Assembly: GCA_977017575.1 (NCBI GenBank)
Contig: CDRNVI010000070.1
Span: forward strand, 62,001-126,000
DNA from: Paramoeba atlantica
Taxonomy: Eukaryota; Protista; Discosea
DNA length: 64,000 bases
Direction of reading: 5' to 3'
Shown here: positions 59,383 to 64,000 of the stretch, piece by piece
Layout of the letters: every line of letters begins with the position of its first letter
Position numbering within the stretch: the stretch's first letter is position 1
Position numbers and translations under genes: made by a program
Notes under the pieces: generated by a model
Told to the model about the DNA's origin: nothing
What the model saw: the letters and a program-made list of their open reading frames with translations, nothing else
The model's database searches: none

Positions 59383-62016
59383 ATGATTCCGCGCGTCAAG
59401 CTCAGCAGTGTAGCTCTTGTGCTCCTCTTCCTTTCGATAGGCGTGCACACTAATGTGGTAAAAGAGAGAATATTTGCTCCCGGTGTCCACGGAGATGATG
59501 CGCCGAGTGCCGACAAAGGTGGTGCTTATGCGTTTCAAACAGAGGTCGGAAAGATGCTGGATATCTTGATTAACTCTTTGTACACGAATCGATCAATTTT
59601 TTTGCGTGAAATCATTTCTAATGCATCCGACGCCTTGGATAAAATTCACTTTTTATATCTGACGGCTACCCAGACCCCGAAAAATGATCAAGGGAGGGAA
59701 CCAAAGATGGATATTCGCATCATTCCAAACAAGACCACAGGCATCCTAACTGTTCGAGATGGTGGAGTCGGCATGACGAAGGATGATCTTGCGAATAATT
59801 TGGGAACACTTGGCGCCTCTGGAACTAAGAATTTTCTTGAGAAATTGACTGACGGATCAACCACGGACGCGAACTTAATTGGCCAGTTTGGTGTTGGTTT
59901 TTATTCAGTCTTTCTCGTCTCTGAACGAGTTCGCGTTGCATCGAAGCACGACAACAGTGACACCCAGTGGGTATGGGAGAGCACTGGTGGAGCTTCAGGG
60001 AATCAGCAGTTTTTTATTTATCCAGATCCCCGCGGGAACACTTTGGGCCGAGGTACAGAGCTCACACTTGAGATTAAGAAGGATGCCCAGGAAGAATTCC
60101 TGGACGAAGATAATATTCGGGATATGATTCATCGATACAGTGAATTTATTCATTTCCCAATCTATCTTCGCAGCAACAGTACCGATCAAGGCATTGTACG
60201 AAAACGGAAGAAGGAGTTGGAAAAACGTCGAAAGAAGCAACAAAAGGGTTTAAAGATCAATATAGATGATGACGATGAAGAGGACGAAGATGAAGAGGAC
60301 GAAGATGAAGCGGTTAACGCAACAGGTGCCGAAGCGACTGATGCAGCTGCAGGAAACATCACTAAGACCAAGAAAAAGAAGAAGCACGTGGTAAGCGAGC
60401 TCGCCGACGAAGAAGGTGACGAGAATCCTACCGGAGAACTTGCATGGCAGCGTATTAATCAGCATGATCCGTTGTGGACGCGTAAACCAAGTACAATTTC
60501 TCTGAAGGATTATGCTAAATTTTACAAGTCGATTGCTCGTGATTTCGAGGATCCTATGTATCACACTCATTTTCAAGTAGAGGGAGAAGTAGACTTCAAG
60601 TCCGTACTTTACGTGCCGGAGAAAGCACCGAACTTGCAAATGGACAACCAAACCGCCACGAATATTCGCCTCTACGTGCGTCGAGTTTTTATCACAGATG
60701 AATTCAAGGATCTTTTGCCCCGCTATTTGAGTTTTGTTCGCGGCGTTGTGGACAGTGATGACTTACCACTGAATGTTTCCCGTGAACAACTCCAGGAGAA
60801 CCGTATTTTAAAAGTTATAAAAAAGAAACTAATGCGAAAAACGCTGAATATGTTCAACGAGATTGCTCAACGAGACAAGGAGCGACTCGAAGAGCAAGAA
60901 GAAAAAGATGCAGAAGAGGAAACACGGCGCGCAGCTCTAATTGAAGAGCACGGAGAAGAAGGGGCTGCGGAATTTCTTGGGAACACAACCAACGCGACTA
61001 AAAAGTTCAAGCCTCTCTATCCCAAATTTTGGGAAAACTTCGGACGAAATATTCGCCTAGGAATTATCGACGATAGCGCACATCGCACTCGCCTTGGGAA
61101 ATTACTACGCTACAAAACGAGCAAGTCGAACGGAACTATGATTCCTCTTGAAGACTATTTGGGGAGAATGCAAAAAGATCAACGATTCATTTTTTGCGCT
61201 TTGGGAGAGAGTGAAAAGAAGTTGATGCAGCTTCCAGTCGTACGTGACGCCCTCAGTCGAGATCTTGAAATTGTGTATATGACGGATGCTATCGATGAAT
61301 ACGTCGTTCAGAACCTCCATGATTACGATGACAAGAAGCTGGTGGATCTTACAAAAGAAGGCATTCGGTTCGAGGATCTCTCTCGCGAAGAAAAGAAAAT
61401 TGAAAAAAAGCGTAAGGAATATTTTGAACCTTTTACCAAGTGGTACAAAGACCTACTGGGCGATCGAGTTCTAAAAGTAATGCTATCGACCCGCAGCAAC
61501 GTTCGTGAACCGGTCCTTGTAACTTCGCCTTCCCATGGTATTTCGGCTAATATGGCCCGGATTATGAAGAACCAGCCTCTTAGTGACAAGGGTAACAACG
61601 CAACTGACGCAAAGCAACTTGTGGGTTTGAACATCTTTCATCCACTGATGGAAAAAATCCGACACATGGTGAACGCAACTGAGGAAAGCGAACGCGAGCT
61701 CGCCGCTGATGCCGCCATAGCGTTGTATGAAACCGCAGCGTTGCAGAGTGGTTTTGAAATCGACGACACCGATGGTTACGCGAGACGCGTCTTGCACATG
61801 ATCACAGAAGGCATGTCTGTGAGGGTCGACGCCCCGTTGCTAAAAGAAGATATTTCGAAATATTCTTGGGACGACGAGGAGGACAAGAAAGATGATGATT
61901 ATGTTTGGCGCGATTCTGAAGGCCGTCGACCTCGCCGACGTAAATTCGGAAAGAACAAGAAGGGCGAAAGCGCAGAAGAGAAGGAGGAGACAAAACCAAC
62001 GGATGAAGAACTCTAG
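59383..62016 (+). CDS. HSP90B1: ER Hsp90 / endoplasmin (GRP94, LPG3-like)
   Basis: Signal peptide from ATG 59383, FLREIISNASDALDK, D.GVGMTK.DL.NNLGT...SGT, IGQFGVGFYS, GVVDSDDLPLNVSRE, and a C-terminal DEEL retention-like signal. Confidence 0.96.
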   Translation: MIPRVKLSSVALVLLFLSIGVHTNVVKERIFAPGVHGDDAPSADKGGAYAFQTEVGKMLDILINSLYTNRSIFLREIISNASDALDKIHFLYLTATQTPKNDQGREPKMDIRIIPNKTTGILTVRDGGVGMTKDDLANNLGTLGASGTKNFLEKLTDGSTTDANLIGQFGVGFYSVFLVSERVRVASKHDNSDTQWVWESTGGASGNQQFFIYPDPRGNTLGRGTELTLEIKKDAQEEFLDEDNIRDMIHRYSEFIHFPIYLRSNSTDQGIVRKRKKELEKRRKKQQKGLKINIDDDDEEDEDEEDEDEAVNATGAEATDAAAGNITKTKKKKKHVVSELADEEGDENPTGELAWQRINQHDPLWTRKPSTISLKDYAKFYKSIARDFEDPMYHTHFQVEGEVDFKSVLYVPEKAPNLQMDNQTATNIRLYVRRVFITDEFKDLLPRYLSFVRGVVDSDDLPLNVSREQLQENRILKVIKKKLMRKTLNMFNEIAQRDKERLEEQEEKDAEEETRRAALIEEHGEEGAAEFLGNTTNATKKFKPLYPKFWENFGRNIRLGIIDDSAHRTRLGKLLRYKTSKSNGTMIPLEDYLGRMQKDQRFIFCALGESEKKLMQLPVVRDALSRDLEIVYMTDAIDEYVVQNLHDYDDKKLVDLTKEGIRFEDLSREEKKIEKKRKEYFEPFTKWYKDLLGDRVLKVMLSTRSNVREPVLVTSPSHGISANMARIMKNQPLSDKGNNATDAKQLVGLNIFHPLMEKIRHMVNATEESERELAADAAIALYETAALQSGFEIDDTDGYARRVLHMITEGMSVRVDAPLLKEDISKYSWDDEEDKKDDDYVWRDSEGRRPRRRKFGKNKKGESAEEKEETKPTDEEL

Positions 62017-62502
62017 GTATCACGGAACAACTTCCCAGTATTGTGGGTAGACGCTTATTTTCCGCAGGAATAAAACATCAGTTTGATTAAGTGATCAGAT
62101 AATATTTTTTGATGCATTATTTGTAATTTTGGGTAAAACTAATTTATTTGTGATCAAAATATTACATTCCTCAGAAGCTTTGAGATACAGGATTGAAGTT
62201 TTTATAGTTTGCACGCAAACCAATTTGCTTTCTTCTGACTATGAGCTTTTATTATTGCAAGACAATCATTTTTTTTGAATTGCGTAGACTACTACGATAA
62301 AAACGAAATATGCAATTTTTTATTTGCTGTTTGTGGAGGGTAAGATACCATACAACGATACGTTGCGCCTAAAGTTTTAAACTCTATGATGAGCTTATTG
62401 GGCCACAATCTTTGGTTGCGTACATTGTTTTCTTAACTTTTGTTAGATTTCATTTGTTACATAGGAGTTTTAAGAGAAAGTCACTAGAACAACAATGCGC
62501 CA

Positions 62503-63786
62503 ATGACCGATACTTTGAATGTGTCCCTGTACCGATCTTTGCTTAAGCTGGCTAGATGGTTTGATCGCTACCCACTAGCGAAGGCCTTCTTAACTCCACC
62601 ACCACGAAAATACTATGATTGTCATAGCGGATCGTGGATATCATATAAGACTCCGGACGCGAGAAGTTTTCTCGGTGCTGCGGGAACTCTTTGGAAGGGA
62701 GATGGTTCTTACTATCTTCCTGCTAGTGATTCGTCTTCAAAGGTATCTGATGCAGCAACTCGATTTTGTAGCCTACAGTGTATGATACGACAAGGCTACA
62801 GAGTTGCGAGACGTACAAAAGAAGTTCAGGATAATCATCCCCTTCTATTTGAATTGCTTAAACGTTTGGCGAAAGTAAAGGTATTTCATGATAAGTACAG
62901 TGCAAAAACCACAACTCTGCAGGAATCGAAGAGTACAGTGCAACCTAGAAGATTGACTCTATCAAAATTGGAGAAGAATATAAATGTTTATCACGGCGCG
63001 TTGCTTGTAGGTCACCCAGCCAACTTAGACTGGACATCTCAAAGCATTATTTTGCTTTACGTCTCGGAGGCATCGAGAAGCGGGGGGGTTGACAACAACA
63101 ATGAAATTTGTGGCCTGTTATTAAGCTGTCCGGTAGAAAAGGAAAGCGCTCGAAAATGGTTGTGGCAGAAGCATTATAAATTGAGACGCTTATCAAGTTT
63201 AAAGAATCTTGGTGACATTCCATTATACGACGGAGGACCTATACAGAAAGATCCAGTTCTGTTACAACGTAGTACAACAAAAAGAAAATTACTGCTTAAT
63301 GCCGGAAGGTTACCTTCCGACAGTTATCAAAAGCTACTCCACACGAAAGCACAACGTCCGACGCCTACGATTTTGTTACCAGGAAACATATCTTTCACCG
63401 ATATCAGGCATGTGCAAGGTGCTACGTCCCAATCGCATAATGTTGTCTCAAGTGGAAGTCGAATAATAATGAATCAGTGTTCTTGGACAGCGTCGCAGTT
63501 GATAGAAGAGATTAAGAACAACTGGTGGATACCTCTGCACAGTGGGTCGTACGTCGAAGATCTTTTGTTTCGGGATAAAACGTTACTCTCCACGCCTAAT
63601 TGCACTTGGCACAAAGTAATGCGAGACCTAGGTGGTGATTTTGCCGATTTTTCAAGAATGAACGTATTGGATGCTCATAAAGTTACGTCTGTGGCGAATG
63701 ATCACCAGTCTTCCTGGGTTGATCTGTCTCGCATGGAATGTATGACAGATGATGCATGGTTCGTATTCGAGAATGACTGCCCATAA
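62503..63786 (+). CDS. DUF179 (YqgE/AlgH)-like domain protein
   Basis: GALLVGHP, SQSIILL, GLLL, YDGGPI, CSW...QL.EEI..NWW and W..VMRDLGG.FA..SR match the DUF179 pattern. Confidence 0.7.
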   Translation: MTDTLNVSLYRSLLKLARWFDRYPLAKAFLTPPPRKYYDCHSGSWISYKTPDARSFLGAAGTLWKGDGSYYLPASDSSSKVSDAATRFCSLQCMIRQGYRVARRTKEVQDNHPLLFELLKRLAKVKVFHDKYSAKTTTLQESKSTVQPRRLTLSKLEKNINVYHGALLVGHPANLDWTSQSIILLYVSEASRSGGVDNNNEICGLLLSCPVEKESARKWLWQKHYKLRRLSSLKNLGDIPLYDGGPIQKDPVLLQRSTTKRKLLLNAGRLPSDSYQKLLHTKAQRPTPTILLPGNISFTDIRHVQGATSQSHNVVSSGSRIIMNQCSWTASQLIEEIKNNWWIPLHSGSYVEDLLFRDKTLLSTPNCTWHKVMRDLGGDFADFSRMNVLDAHKVTSVANDHQSSWVDLSRMECMTDDAWFVFENDCP

Positions 63787-63814
63787 ACGTTTATCCTGGA
63801 TCACGAGCCGTAGT

Positions 63815-64000
63815 GGTGAGGGGGGTTAGGTGTTACTGACAATGGTCAGTAACTACAACGGTGTTACTGACAAATAGTCATCGTTTAGCTGGGGTAGGGG
63901 TTAGGGGATGACATCGGTTTACTCTCCCCCAGGTGGGGGGGTGGAAAATCATCGCCGCGGCATACTCTAACACTTTCCTGCGCTCGATTTTGAAAAGTAA
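63815..64000. repeat. G-rich repeat region at the window edge, possibly the start of another element
   Basis: ggtgttactgacaa twice (63829, 63860), hairpin gttactgac-aatg-gtcagtaac, and GGGTTAGG-like units at about 63823 and 63899. Confidence 0.4.

Overview
This is intronless eukaryotic DNA with about 25 host genes, all on the + strand, which fits a kinetoplastid-type polycistronic cluster. Euglenozoan markers include cytochrome c1 with the single-Cys FAPCH heme motif, PPDK ending in the glycosomal PTS1 signal SKL, and polypyrimidine/AG trans-splice acceptors. The compact layout would fit a Perkinsela-like or other non-trypanosomatid kinetoplastid, but I cannot prove this. Host genes include PPDK, HELQ, a non-canonical nucleotidyltransferase, a 5'-nucleotidase, cyt c1, eIF2B-gamma-like, DNA pol epsilon, an LRR protein, eIF4A3, DPM2, SmD1, CDC5, Mago, PRP16 (one-base frameshift in a G run), uS17m, a kinesin, PIG-P, a PhyH-like protein, GRP94 and a DUF179-like protein. 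Two mobile regions interrupt the cluster. (1) A transposon island at about 31.5-40.5 kb holds a decayed Harbinger/IS5-type transposase, a 5'-truncated CRE/SLACS-like retrotransposon, a 0.9-kb TIR element, and a 3.4-kb TIR element with a DDE_Tnp_4 transposase. (2) A 2.3-kb element at about 55.4-57.7 kb carries a bacterial-type IS30 transposase but has eukaryote-style inverted subterminal repeat arrays and a kinetoplastid-style splice acceptor; this is the most unusual feature in the window. Family assignments come from motif recognition by eye; no searches were run.
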